NCBI GenBank assembly: GCA_035691285.1
Contig: DASSJI010000003.1
Coordinates: 282-64,281, forward strand
Length of the DNA stretch: 64,000 nt
Source: Vicinamibacteria bacterium
Lineage (GTDB): Bacteria > Acidobacteriota > Vicinamibacteria > Fen-336
Direction of reading: 5' to 3'
Numbering within the stretch: position 1 is the stretch's first letter; each line of letters opens with the position of its first letter. The notes under the pieces are model-generated. The model was not told where the DNA came from and ran no database searches. It saw only the letters and a program-made list of their open reading frames with translations. Shown here one piece after another: positions 42,364 through 51,675 of this stretch. The position numbers and the translations under genes are program-made.

Positions 42364-43770
42364 GTGATCTCCGTCTTCGACCTCTTCAAGGTCGGCATCG
42401 GCCCTTCGAGCTCCCACACCGTTGGCCCGATGAAGGCGGCGCGGCTGTTCGCCCAGGGCCTCGCGAGCGACGGGATGCTGGACGCTGCCTGGGCGGTGGA
42501 GGCGGAACTCTACGGGAGCCTCGGCGCGACGGGGAGGGGCCACGGCAGCGACAAGGCCGTGATCCTCGGCCTGCTCGGGGAGACCCCCGAGGGCGTCGAC
42601 GTCGCGAGGATCCCTGACCTGGTGGCGCGGGTCCGCTCGACCGAGCGCCTCGCCGTCCTGGGGCGCCGCGAGATCGCCTGGAAGGACGCGGACCACCTGC
42701 GCTTCCTCCGGCAGAGCCTGCCCTTCCACGCAAACGCGATGCGCTTCACCTCGCTCGACAAGGACGGAGCCGTGCTGCGCGCGCGAATCTACTACTCTGT
42801 GGGGGGCGGGTTCGTGGTCGACCAGGAGACGGCGCACGGAGCGCCGGTCGAGGCCGACGGACCGCGCGTCCCGTTCCCGTTCCAGAGCGGAGACGGCCTG
42901 CTCGAGCTCTGCCGTGCCCACGGCCTCCGCATCAGCGACCTGATGCTGGCCAACGAGATGGTCCTGCGCGCCGAGCCGGAGGTGAGGGCCGGCCTCTTGC
43001 GCCTGTGGGACGTGATGCAGGAGTGCGTCCGGCGCGGGTGCAACGAGGAGGGGATCCTCCCCGGGGGCCTGAAGGTGAGGCGCCGTGCGCCCGATCTCTA
43101 CCGCCGCCTCCTGGCCAGCCCCGAGGCGTCCCTGCGCGACCCGCTGACGGCGATGGACTGGGTGAACCTCTACGCCCTGGCGGTGAACGAGGAGAACGCC
43201 GCGGGCGGGCGCATCGTGACGGCGCCGACCAACGGAGCCGCGGGCATCCTGCCGGCCGTCCTGCACTACTACGCGCGCTTCGTGCCCGGCGCGAGCGACG
43301 ACGGCGTCGTGCGCTTCCTGCTCACCGCAGGCGCGATCGGCGCCCTCTACAAGAAGAACGCGTCGATCAGCGGCGCCGAGGTCGGCTGCCAGGGCGAGGT
43401 GGGCTCGGCCTGCTCGATGGCGGCCGGCGCCCTGGCCGAGGTCATGGGCGGCACGCCGGAGCAGGCCGAGAACGCCGCCGAGATCGCCATGGAGCACAAC
43501 CTGGGCCTGACCTGCGACCCGATCGGCGGCCTCGTCCAGGTGCCGTGCATCGAACGCAACGCCATGGCCTCGGTCAAGGCGATCAACGCCGCGCGGATGG
43601 CGCTGCGCGGCGACGGGGTCCACTTCGTCTCCCTCGACAAGGTCATCAAGACCATGCGCGACACCGGAGCCGACATGAAGGACAAGTACAAGGAGACGGC
43701 GCGCGGCGGGCTCGCGCTCCACGTGCTCGAGGCGCCTCTCGACTTCAGCGTGAACCACCCCGAGTGCTGA
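42364..43770 (+). CDS. sdaA: L-serine ammonia-lyase (iron-sulfur type, single chain)
   Basis: 468 aa. [54 protein letters not shown] and [19 protein letters not shown]. Confidence 0.9.
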   Translation: MISVFDLFKVGIGPSSSHTVGPMKAARLFAQGLASDGMLDAAWAVEAELYGSLGATGRGHGSDKAVILGLLGETPEGVDVARIPDLVARVRSTERLAVLGRREIAWKDADHLRFLRQSLPFHANAMRFTSLDKDGAVLRARIYYSVGGGFVVDQETAHGAPVEADGPRVPFPFQSGDGLLELCRAHGLRISDLMLANEMVLRAEPEVRAGLLRLWDVMQECVRRGCNEEGILPGGLKVRRRAPDLYRRLLASPEASLRDPLTAMDWVNLYALAVNEENAAGGRIVTAPTNGAAGILPAVLHYYARFVPGASDDGVVRFLLTAGAIGALYKKNASISGAEVGCQGEVGSACSMAAGALAEVMGGTPEQAENAAEIAMEHNLGLTCDPIGGLVQVPCIERNAMASVKAINAARMALRGDGVHFVSLDKVIKTMRDTGADMKDKYKETARGGLALHVLEAPLDFSVNHPEC

Positions 43771-43771
43771 G

Positions 43772-44800
43772 GTGAGCCTGCGGGTCGGGCTCTACGACGA
43801 CCCGCTGTTCCGTCGGCACGATGCCGGCCCCGGCCACCCGGAGCGGCCCGAGCGGCTCGACGCGCTCCGGCGTGGCCTGGCCGAGAGCGGCCAGGAGGAG
43901 GCCCTCGACCGGCTCGCGCCTCCGGAGGCGACGCGGGAGTCCCTCGAGCGGGTGCACACCCGTCGTCACGTGGACGAGATCCTGGCGACCCGGGGCCGGA
44001 CCGTCCGCTTCGACGCCGACACGCAGGCGGGCCCCGAGTCCTGCGCCGCGGCGCTGCGCGCCGCGGGAGCCGTGACCGACGCCGTGGACCGCGTCCTGGA
44101 CGGGCGCCTGGACCGGGCGTTCTGCGCCGTCCGGCCCCCGGGGCACCATGCCGAGGCGGAGCGCGCCATGGGCTTCTGCTACCTCAACAACGTCGCGGTC
44201 GGCGCGGCCCAGGCGCTGGCCCGGGGTCTCGACCGCGTGCTCGTGGTGGACTTCGACGTCCACCACGGCAACGGCACGCAGGCGGCGTTCTGGAGCGACC
44301 CGCGCGTCCTCTACGTCTCCTCGCATCAGTATCCGTTCTACCCGGGGAGCGGAGCGCCCCAGGAGACGGGGGCGGGGAAGGGGCGTGGGTTCACCGTGAA
44401 CCTGGCGCTGCCCGCCGGCTGCGGCGACGCGGAGTATGCGGCCCTCTACCACCACGTCGTCGTGCGCATCGGCCGGAGCTTCGATCCGCAGCTCGTGCTC
44501 GTGTCGGCAGGCTTCGACGCGCACGTCGACGACCCGCTGGCCGGCATGCGGCTGACGCCGTCCGGGTTCGGCGAGGTGATGTCGGCCTGCCTGGCCACGG
44601 CCGAAGGAGCGGCCCGCGGCCGCGTGGTCGTGGCCCTCGAGGGAGGCTACGACCTCGACGGCATCGCGGCCTCGGCGGCGGAGGTCGTCCGGCGGCTGCG
44701 CGGCGGCGCCGCGCCGGCACCATCGGTCGAGTCCCCTTCGGCGGACCGGCTCGCAGGCAAGTACCGGCGCTTCTTCGCCGACTACTGGCCGCTCGACTAG
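43772..44800 (+). CDS. Histone deacetylase family protein (acetoin utilisation / acetylpolyamine amidohydrolase-like)
   Basis: 342 aa. HPERPERL, VRPPGHHAE, GFCYLNNVA, VDFDVHHGNGTQ, YPFYPGSG and EGGYDL. Confidence 0.85.
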   Translation: MSLRVGLYDDPLFRRHDAGPGHPERPERLDALRRGLAESGQEEALDRLAPPEATRESLERVHTRRHVDEILATRGRTVRFDADTQAGPESCAAALRAAGAVTDAVDRVLDGRLDRAFCAVRPPGHHAEAERAMGFCYLNNVAVGAAQALARGLDRVLVVDFDVHHGNGTQAAFWSDPRVLYVSSHQYPFYPGSGAPQETGAGKGRGFTVNLALPAGCGDAEYAALYHHVVVRIGRSFDPQLVLVSAGFDAHVDDPLAGMRLTPSGFGEVMSACLATAEGAARGRVVVALEGGYDLDGIAASAAEVVRRLRGGAAPAPSVESPSADRLAGKYRRFFADYWPLD

Positions 44801-44827
44801 GCGCCAGGACGCTCCCGGCGCCGCCCG

Positions 44828-44836
44828 TGGTAGCAT
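44828..44836 (+). promoter_or_regulatory. Extended -10-like TGGTAGCAT upstream of leuS
   Basis: TGGTAGCAT at 44828-44836, 26 nt before ATG 44863. Confidence 0.3.
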
Positions 44837-44862
44837 CGCATTTCGTTCGCCTGCCTAGGCTT

Positions 44863-47328
44863 ATGAGCGATTACGACTTCGAGGAAATCGAGACGCGCTG
44901 GCAGAAGCGCTGGGCCGCGGCGCGGACGTTCGAGGTGACCGAGGACCCGACCCGTCCGAAGTTCTACTGCCTGGAGATGCTCCCGTACCCGTCCGGGGAC
45001 ATCCACGTCGGCCACGTCCGGAACTACTGCATCACCGACGTGGTCGCACGCTACAGGCGGATGCGCGGCTTCAACGTGATGCACCCGATCGGCTGGGACG
45101 CCCTGGGCCTGCCCGCCGAGAACGCGGCGATCCAGCGGGGCGTGCACCCCGAGAAGTGGACCCGGGACAACATCGCGGGGATGAAGCGCCAGCTCCAGCG
45201 CCTGGGCTTCAGCTACCCCTGGAGCCGGGAGATCGCGAGCTGCGATCCCGAGTACTACCGCTGGAACCAGTGGTTCTTCCTGCGGATGCTCGAGCGGGGC
45301 ATCGCCTATCGCAAGAAGGCCCCGGTCAACTGGTGCCCCTCGTGCCTCACCGTCCTCGCCAACGAGCAGGCCGAGGGCGGGGAGTGCTGGCGCTGCCACT
45401 CGCGCATCGAGGAGCGCGAGATGGAGCAGTGGTTCCTCCGGATCACGGCCTACCAGGACGAGCTGGTCGACGACATGAAGCAGCTCCCGGCCTGGCCGGA
45501 GCGCGTCCTCCTCCAGCAGCGCAACTGGGTCGGCCGGTCGCCCGGCGCCGAGGTGGACTTCCCGGTCGAGGGCGGCGCTCCGCTCAGGGTGTTCACGACG
45601 CGCATCGACACCATCTACGGCGCGACGTTCATGGTCCTGGCGCCCGAGCATCCCCAGGCGGCCGCGCTGCTCCGGACCGACGAGGCGCAACTGGCGGTGG
45701 CGAGGCTCCGGGCCCAGGACCGGCGCGCCCGGCTGTCGGGCCAGCTCGAGAAGGAGGGCGTCTTCACCGGGACCCACGCGGTGAACCCCTTCAGCGGCGA
45801 GCGCATCCCGATCTGGATCGGGAACTTCGTGCTGATGGGCTACGGCACGGGGGCGATCATGGCCGTGCCGGCCCACGACCAGCGCGACTTCGAGTTCGCG
45901 CGGAAGTACGGGATCCCGATCCGCGTCGTGATCCAGCCCGAGGGGACGAAGCTCGAGGCCGCCGCCCTCGAGGCGGCATACGACGGGCCGGGTCGCGCGG
46001 TGGCGAGCGGTCCGTTCGACGGCCTCGCGGTCGAGGACGCCATCGCGAGGATGACGGCCCATGCCGAGGCGAAGGGCTTCGGCCGCGCCGCGGTCAGCTA
46101 CCGCCTCAAGGACTGGCTGGTGAGCCGCCAGCGCTACTGGGGCACGCCCATCCCGGTCGTGTACTGCCCCAGGGACGGCATGGTCGGCGTGCCGGACGAT
46201 CAGCTCCCGGTCGTGCTGCCCAGGGACGCCCCGTTCACCGGCGAAGGCGGAAACCCCCTCGAGAAGGTGAAGGAGTTCGTGAACGCGACCTGTCCGAGGT
46301 GCGGGGGAGCGGCCCGGCGCGAGACCGACACCATGGACACCTTCGTCGACTCGTCCTGGTACTTCTACCGCTACCTCTCGCCCGGAAAGGACGACGGGCC
46401 GGTGGACCCGCGCGCGGTTCGCTACTGGTTCCCGATCGACCTCTACGTGGGCGGCATCGAGCACGCGATCCTGCACCTCGTCTACGCGCGCTTCTGGACC
46501 AAGGTGATGCGGGACCTCGGCCTCGTCACCTTCGACGAGCCCGTGGTGCGGCTCTTCCCCCAGGGAATGGTGCACAAGGACGGCGAGGTCATGTCCAAGT
46601 CCAGGGGCAACACCGTCGCCCCGGACGCCATCGTCGCGAAGTACGGGGCCGACACGCTGCGGCTCTACATCCTCTTCCAGGCGCCGCCCTCGGACTCCCT
46701 CGAGTGGAACGACGCGCAGATCAAGGGCGCCGCGGACTTCGTCAGGAAGGTCTGGCGGCTCGTGGACCGCCACGCGGGCCACTTCGCGGCGGAGGTCCGC
46801 GCGAAGATGCCGGCGGAGCTGACCCCCGCGGCGAGGCAGCTGCGCCGCCGCGTGCACCAGACCATCCAGCGCGTCACCGGCGACATCGAGGACCGCCTCA
46901 AGCTGAACACCGCGGTCGCCGCGCTCATGGAGCTCAACAACGAGATCGCCCGCGTCGAGGCCGAGGTGGCCCAGGGCCCCATGCGCCCCGTGCTGCTCGA
47001 GGCCGTCGAGACGCTGATCCTCCTGCTCTCGCCCTTCGCGCCGCACGTCTGCGAGGAGCTGTGGAAGCGCCTGGGCCGCCGTTTCCCCCTCGTCCACCGC
47101 AATTGGCCCGTGGCGAGGCCGGAGCTGGCCAGGGAGGACGAGGTCGAGCTGGCCGTCCAGATCAACGGCAAGGTGCGCTCGCGGATCACCGTGGCGGCGA
47201 GCGCCTCCGAGGAAGACGTCCGGGGCAAGGCGCTCGGCGATCCCAAGGTTCGGGAAGCGATCTCGGGCAAGGATCTGGCCAAGGTCGTCGTCGTGCCCGG
47301 GCGCCTCGTGAGCCTGGTGGTGAAGTGA
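44863..47328 (+). CDS. leuS: Leucine--tRNA ligase
   Basis: ATG at 44863. FYCLEMLPYPSGDIHVGHVRNY (HIGH), WRCHS CP1 zinc region, and VMSKSRGN (KMSKS). Confidence 0.9.
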   Translation: MSDYDFEEIETRWQKRWAAARTFEVTEDPTRPKFYCLEMLPYPSGDIHVGHVRNYCITDVVARYRRMRGFNVMHPIGWDALGLPAENAAIQRGVHPEKWTRDNIAGMKRQLQRLGFSYPWSREIASCDPEYYRWNQWFFLRMLERGIAYRKKAPVNWCPSCLTVLANEQAEGGECWRCHSRIEEREMEQWFLRITAYQDELVDDMKQLPAWPERVLLQQRNWVGRSPGAEVDFPVEGGAPLRVFTTRIDTIYGATFMVLAPEHPQAAALLRTDEAQLAVARLRAQDRRARLSGQLEKEGVFTGTHAVNPFSGERIPIWIGNFVLMGYGTGAIMAVPAHDQRDFEFARKYGIPIRVVIQPEGTKLEAAALEAAYDGPGRAVASGPFDGLAVEDAIARMTAHAEAKGFGRAAVSYRLKDWLVSRQRYWGTPIPVVYCPRDGMVGVPDDQLPVVLPRDAPFTGEGGNPLEKVKEFVNATCPRCGGAARRETDTMDTFVDSSWYFYRYLSPGKDDGPVDPRAVRYWFPIDLYVGGIEHAILHLVYARFWTKVMRDLGLVTFDEPVVRLFPQGMVHKDGEVMSKSRGNTVAPDAIVAKYGADTLRLYILFQAPPSDSLEWNDAQIKGAADFVRKVWRLVDRHAGHFAAEVRAKMPAELTPAARQLRRRVHQTIQRVTGDIEDRLKLNTAVAALMELNNEIARVEAEVAQGPMRPVLLEAVETLILLLSPFAPHVCEELWKRLGRRFPLVHRNWPVARPELAREDEVELAVQINGKVRSRITVAASASEEDVRGKALGDPKVREAISGKDLAKVVVVPGRLVSLVVK

Positions 47329-47852
47329 GGCGGCGGGACGCGCTCGTGGCCATGGGGGCCGGGCTCCTGGGAGGCTGCGGCTACGCCCTCGAGGGCCGCG
47401 GGATCTCCGTGGATCCGAGCATCAAGAAGGTCGGCGTGCCGCTGTTCAAGGACGAGACGGGCAAGCCGGGCCTCGACCAGAAGATCACCGACAAGGTCAT
47501 CGAGGAGCTCCTGCGGCGCGGCCGCTTCAATGTGGTGCAGACCGCGACCGGCGTGGACGCCGTCGTGGACGGCACCCTGCTCAGCTACCACACCCAGCCG
47601 ATCGGCTTCAGCCGCAGCGACGGGACGCGCTCCGAGGCCAACCGCTACGTGGCGCTCCTGACCGCGCGGGTGCGCTACGCCAAACCCGACGCGGAGCAGC
47701 CGATCTGGGAATCCGAGGGCTTCACGCAGCGCGACGAGTACGACATCGGCGAGGACGCCGAGAGCTACTTCGACAGGGAGGAACAGGCCCAGGACCGCAT
47801 GGCGGTGGCGTTCGCGAAGGCCGTGGTGGCGGCCATGCTGGAGGCCTTCTAG
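47325..47852 (+). CDS. lptE: LPS-assembly lipoprotein LptE-like
   Basis: The GTG at 47325 overlaps the leuS stop. Lipobox LLGGCGY, about 175 aa. It sits between leuS and holA, the conserved leuS-lptE-holA order. Confidence 0.65.
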   Translation: MRRRDALVAMGAGLLGGCGYALEGRGISVDPSIKKVGVPLFKDETGKPGLDQKITDKVIEELLRRGRFNVVQTATGVDAVVDGTLLSYHTQPIGFSRSDGTRSEANRYVALLTARVRYAKPDAEQPIWESEGFTQRDEYDIGEDAESYFDREEQAQDRMAVAFAKAVVAAMLEAF

Positions 47853-48844
47853 TGGCGCGCTCCCGGGGCGCCCGCGTGTTCGCGATCCTCGGCGCCGACT
47901 CGTACCTGGCCGAGGAGGCCCTCGAGTCGCTGCTGCGGGAGGCGCTGGGCGAGGAGCGGGAGGCCGCGCTTCAGGTGCTGCGCGGCGACGAGACCACCTG
48001 GGCGCGGGTCCTCGATGCGGCACGGGCCCGGTCGCTCTTCGCCGCAAAGCGCGCCGTGGTGGTCCGCGGCGCCGAGGCGCTCAAGGGACCCGAGGACGAG
48101 CTGGCCGCGTACCTCGAGGACCCGAATCCGGACGCGACGCTCGTCTTCATGGCCGCGAAGCCCGATCGGCGCAGGACGGCATGGAGGACGCTCCTCCAGG
48201 CGGCGGAGACGATCCCGGCCGAGCCGCTCAAAGGCGCAAGCCTACGCGCCCGGGTCAAAGACGAGCTCCGGCGCCGCAGGCTGCCCATGGAGCCCGAGGC
48301 CGCCGCAGAGCTCGTCGAGCGCGTGGGGCAGGACCTGCGCCGCCTGATGGGAGAGCTGGACAAGCTCGAGGCGTTCGCCGCCGGCGGCAAGGGCCTGACG
48401 GCCGAGGACGTGGCCGCGGTGCTCGGCCGCGGCTTCGCGCGGCCGTTCTGGCTCCTCGGCGACGCGCTCGCCGAGCGACGCACCGGCGATGCCCTGGGCC
48501 TGGCCCTGGGCCTCCTCGAGGACGGCGAAGAGGCCCCGCTGCTCGTCGGCGGGGCCTACCAGGCCCTGCGGCGGCTCTGGGGGCTGAAAGCCCTGCGCGC
48601 CTCCCGGGCCTCTCGGGAGGAGAAGCTGCAGCTGCTGCCGAAGAATCAGGCCTTCAAGCTCCCCGACCTCGAGCGCTCCGCCGAAGCGTGGACCGAAAGC
48701 GAGCTGCTCGAGGGGCGCCGGGCGCTGCGCACGGCGGATCGGCGCGTGAAGGTGGGCGGGAACCCCTCCGTCGCCCTGGCCGCGGCGATCGCGGAGGCTT
48801 GCCCGAAGGCGGGCGGCGCTAGGACCGCGCGCTCAGGCCGTTGA
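47852..48844 (+). CDS. holA: DNA polymerase III subunit delta
   Basis: 330 aa. FAILGADSYLAEEAL, SLFAAKRAVVVRGAE and DLRRLMGELDKL. It follows lptE. The 3' end overlaps rpsT convergently. Confidence 0.8.
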   Translation: MARSRGARVFAILGADSYLAEEALESLLREALGEEREAALQVLRGDETTWARVLDAARARSLFAAKRAVVVRGAEALKGPEDELAAYLEDPNPDATLVFMAAKPDRRRTAWRTLLQAAETIPAEPLKGASLRARVKDELRRRRLPMEPEAAAELVERVGQDLRRLMGELDKLEAFAAGGKGLTAEDVAAVLGRGFARPFWLLGDALAERRTGDALGLALGLLEDGEEAPLLVGGAYQALRRLWGLKALRASRASREEKLQLLPKNQAFKLPDLERSAEAWTESELLEGRRALRTADRRVKVGGNPSVALAAAIAEACPKAGGARTARSGR

Positions 48845-49091
48845 CGCGAGAGGCGAGGCGGCTCTTGTGACGGGAGCCGGTGTTGCGGTGGAGCACGCCC
48901 TTCTTGACCGCCTTGTCGATGGCGCTCACCGTCGCGGGAAGGAGCGCCCTGGCGCCGGCGGCGTCGGCCTTGGCAATCGCCTCGCGGAGCCTCTTGATCT
49001 CGGTCTTGACCTGCGACAGGTTCCGGCGGTTGCGGGCCCGGCGCTTGAGGCTCTGCCTCATCTGCTTCAGGGCCGACGCGTGATGAGCCAC
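48819..49091 (-). CDS. rpsT: 30S ribosomal protein S20
   Basis: 90 aa. AHHASALKQMRQSLKRRARNRRNLSQVKTEIK...KGVLHRNTGSRHKSRL. GTG start with AGGAGG 6 nt upstream. Confidence 0.9.
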   Translation of the reverse strand: MAHHASALKQMRQSLKRRARNRRNLSQVKTEIKRLREAIAKADAAGARALLPATVSAIDKAVKKGVLHRNTGSRHKSRLASRVNGLSARS

Positions 49092-49105
49092 TCACATCCT
49101 CCTGC

Positions 49106-50719
49106 GTGACGACGACCAGAAACCCTCATTTTACAGGCCACTCCGCGCGCGGTCAAGGCGCCCTGCGCTCCGCCGGGCTCGTCTCGCTGCTCATCCTCTG
49201 CTCGCGCATCCTCGGCGTCGTCCGGGAGCAGGTGTTCGCCGCGGTCCTCGGCGCCGGGATGCACGCCGACGCCTACCAGATCGGCTTCCGCATCCCCAAC
49301 CTGCTGCGCGACCTCTTCGCGGAGGGCGCGCTCTCGGCCGCCTTCGTGCCCAGCTACGCTCGCGCCGCACGGGAGGGGGGCCGCGCGACGGCGCAGCGGC
49401 TCGCCTCGCGCGTCCTGACGCTCCTGGGCGTCGTCCTCGGGGCCCTGGTCCTCGCCGGCCTGCTCGGCGCCCACGCCCTGGTCGCGACCCTGGCTCCGGG
49501 CTTCGACGCCGTGCCGGGCAAGGCCGAGCTGACGGTGCTGCTCACGCGGATCATGCTGCCGTTCCTGCCCCTCGTCTCGTTCGCGGCCGTGGCCATGGGC
49601 ATGCTCAACGCCGAGGAACGCTACGGCCCGCCGGCCTTCGCGCCGGCCATGTTCAACGTGGTCGCGATCGCCGTCGGTGCCACGCTGTGGCTGCTCGGCT
49701 GGCCGATCGAAGAGGTGGTGGTCGGCTGGGCCGGCGGGACGCTGCTCGGCGGGCTCGCGCAGTTCCTCGTCCAGGTGCCGGCGCTGCGCGCCCAGGGCTT
49801 CCGGTTCCGGCCCGAGTGGGCGCCCCGCGACCCGGGCATTCGGCGCCTCGCCGCCCTGATGGGCCCGGCCACCGCGGGCCTGGCCGCGGTGCAGGTCAAC
49901 ATCTTCGTCAACAGCATCTTCGCCTCCCACGAACCCGGGGCCGTGTCGTGGCTCAGCTACGCCTTCCGCATCCTCTACCTGCCCATCGGCCTCTTCGGCG
50001 TGGCCGCGGGCACCGTCGCGGCCACGGGTCTCGCGAAGCGCGCGGCCCAGAACGACATGGAGGGCCTGCGCGACACGCTGCGGCTCTCGCTGCGGATGCT
50101 GGCCTTCCTCACCGTCCCGGCCACGGCGGGACTGCTCGTGCTGGGCGTCCCGATCGTGCGCCTGCTCTTCGAGCGCGGCCGCTTCACGCCGCACGACACC
50201 GAGCGGACGGCGGCGGCGCTGGCCTTCTACGGCGCCGGGCTCGTCGCCTACGCCGCGGTGAAGGTCCTCGCGCCGGCCTTCTACGCGCTCGGCGCGCCGC
50301 GCATTCCGCTCATCGCGAGCGTCCTGGCCGTCGCGACGAACCTGCTCCTCAACCTGGCTCTGTACGATCGGCTCGGCTTCCGCAGCGTCGCGCTGGGCAC
50401 GAGCGTGGCCGCGGTGGTCAACGCCGCGGCCCTCGCGGTCGCCTTCGAGCGACGCGTGGGCGGGCTCTGGGCACAGGGCTTCGGCCCCGGGATCGGGAGG
50501 ATGGTCCTCGCCGCGGCGGGGATGGCGCCCGTGGCCTGGCTCTCCTCGCGGGCCATCGAGGGCGCCATGGGCCTCGAAGGGCTTCCCGCGCAAGCGGCGA
50601 CGGCGCTCGTGCCTGTCGCCGCGGGCGTCGTGGCCTACTTCGGCGCCGCGCTCGCGCTCGGGCTGCCCGAGGCCCGCCGCTTGGTTTCCGCCGTGTGGAG
50701 GCGGGCATGGCCGTGCTAG
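49106..50719 (+). CDS. murJ: Lipid II flippase MurJ (MviN family)
   Basis: 537 aa. SRILGVVREQVFAAVLGAGMHADAYQIGFRIPNLLRDLFAEGALSAAFVP is the conserved MurJ N-terminal signature, and the protein is polytopic. GTG 49106 is the only canonical start in frame. Confidence 0.85.
   Translation: MTTTRNPHFTGHSARGQGALRSAGLVSLLILCSRILGVVREQVFAAVLGAGMHADAYQIGFRIPNLLRDLFAEGALSAAFVPSYARAAREGGRATAQRLASRVLTLLGVVLGALVLAGLLGAHALVATLAPGFDAVPGKAELTVLLTRIMLPFLPLVSFAAVAMGMLNAEERYGPPAFAPAMFNVVAIAVGATLWLLGWPIEEVVVGWAGGTLLGGLAQFLVQVPALRAQGFRFRPEWAPRDPGIRRLAALMGPATAGLAAVQVNIFVNSIFASHEPGAVSWLSYAFRILYLPIGLFGVAAGTVAATGLAKRAAQNDMEGLRDTLRLSLRMLAFLTVPATAGLLVLGVPIVRLLFERGRFTPHDTERTAAALAFYGAGLVAYAAVKVLAPAFYALGAPRIPLIASVLAVATNLLLNLALYDRLGFRSVALGTSVAAVVNAAALAVAFERRVGGLWAQGFGPGIGRMVLAAAGMAPVAWLSSRAIEGAMGLEGLPAQAATALVPVAAGVVAYFGAALALGLPEARRLVSAVWRRAWPC
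49128..49135 (-). promoter_or_regulatory. -10-like TAAAAT (TGTAAAAT on the minus strand) for rpsT, located inside the murJ 5' coding region
   Basis: The plus-strand ATTTTACA at 49128-49135 reads TGTAAAAT on the minus strand, about 37 nt upstream of the rpsT GTG (49091). Confidence 0.3.
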
Positions 50720-50729
50720 CCTGCCCTGC

Positions 50730-51641
50730 ATGAAGCCGGACGGAGCCGAGCCCAGGGGCGAGGCGGCCGTCTCGGAGTACCTCGACCACCTGCGCGTCGA
50801 GCGGGGCCTGGCGGACAACTCGCTCCTCGCCTACGGCCGCGACCTCTCCCTGCTCCGAGAGCACGCGCGCGAGCGGCGCCGGCCCGTCCTGGCCCTGAAG
50901 CAGGCGGAGCTGACGGACTTCATCGGCTGGCTTCGCTCCCGGGGCCTCTCCCCGCGCTCCGTGGCCCGCGCCGTCCACGCCTTGCGCGGCTTCTACCGCT
51001 ACGCCGTGCGCGAGGGGAAGATCGACGTCGACCCCATGGAGAACCTGAAGGCGCCGCGGGCCTTCAAGGCGCTGCCCCGCGTGCTCTCCGCAGCCCAGGT
51101 GGACTCCCTGCTGGCCGCTCCGGACGTCAAGACGCCCCTGGGCGTTCGGGATCGCGCGATCCTCGAGGTGCTGTACGCCACGGGGCTCCGCGCCTCGGAG
51201 CTCGTCGGCCTGAAGCCGGCGGACCTCGACCTCGAGGTCGGCCTGCTCACCTGCTTCGGAAAAGGGCGCAAGGAGCGCCTGGTGCCGATGGGGCGGGCTG
51301 CGCGCCAATGGGTGTCGCGCTACCTCGACGGCGTGCGTCCGGTCCTCGCCAAGGGCCGCCAGGTGCCCCGGCTCTTCCTGAGCCAGCGCGGAGGACCCCT
51401 GACGCGCATGGGCCTCTGGGGCATCGTGAGGCGCCACGCCGTGACCGCCGGCGTCGAGCGCGTCCTGACGCCTCACGTCCTGCGCCACTCCTTCGCGACG
51501 CACCTGCTCGAGCACGGCGCCGACCTGCGCGCGCTCCAGGCGATGCTCGGCCACGCGGACATCTCGACGACGCAGATCTACACGCACGTGTCGAGGGAGA
51601 GGCTCCGGAAGATCTACGACGAGTTTCATCCTCGAGCTTAG
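50730..51641 (+). CDS. xerD: Site-specific tyrosine recombinase XerD
   Basis: 303 aa. LRGFYRYAV, ATGLRASELVGL, HVLRHSFATHLLEHGADLRALQAMLGHADISTTQIYTHVSRERLRKIYDEFHPRA. The catalytic R..H..R..Y residues and the HPRA C-terminus resemble E. coli XerD. Confidence 0.85.
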   Translation: MKPDGAEPRGEAAVSEYLDHLRVERGLADNSLLAYGRDLSLLREHARERRRPVLALKQAELTDFIGWLRSRGLSPRSVARAVHALRGFYRYAVREGKIDVDPMENLKAPRAFKALPRVLSAAQVDSLLAAPDVKTPLGVRDRAILEVLYATGLRASELVGLKPADLDLEVGLLTCFGKGRKERLVPMGRAARQWVSRYLDGVRPVLAKGRQVPRLFLSQRGGPLTRMGLWGIVRRHAVTAGVERVLTPHVLRHSFATHLLEHGADLRALQAMLGHADISTTQIYTHVSRERLRKIYDEFHPRA

Positions 51642-51655
51642 ATCCCCCTCCCTAT

Positions 51656-51675
51656 CCCTCCCCCAAGGGGGAGGG
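51656..51675 (+). terminator. Perfect GC-rich hairpin CCCTCCCCC-AA-GGGGGAGGG 15 nt after the xerD stop (terminator-like, no U-tract)
   Basis: The 9-nt arms at 51656-64 and 51667-75 are exact reverse complements. No T-run follows, so intrinsic-terminator function is uncertain. Confidence 0.3.

Noticed and set aside
50730-51641. A tyrosine recombinase as a marker of an integrated mobile element or prophage.
   Set aside because: The sequence matches chromosomal XerD closely (C-terminus LGH.D.STTQIYTHV..ERL....HPRA). It is flanked by housekeeping genes (murJ, metK), with no att-like repeats, phage genes or tRNA nearby.
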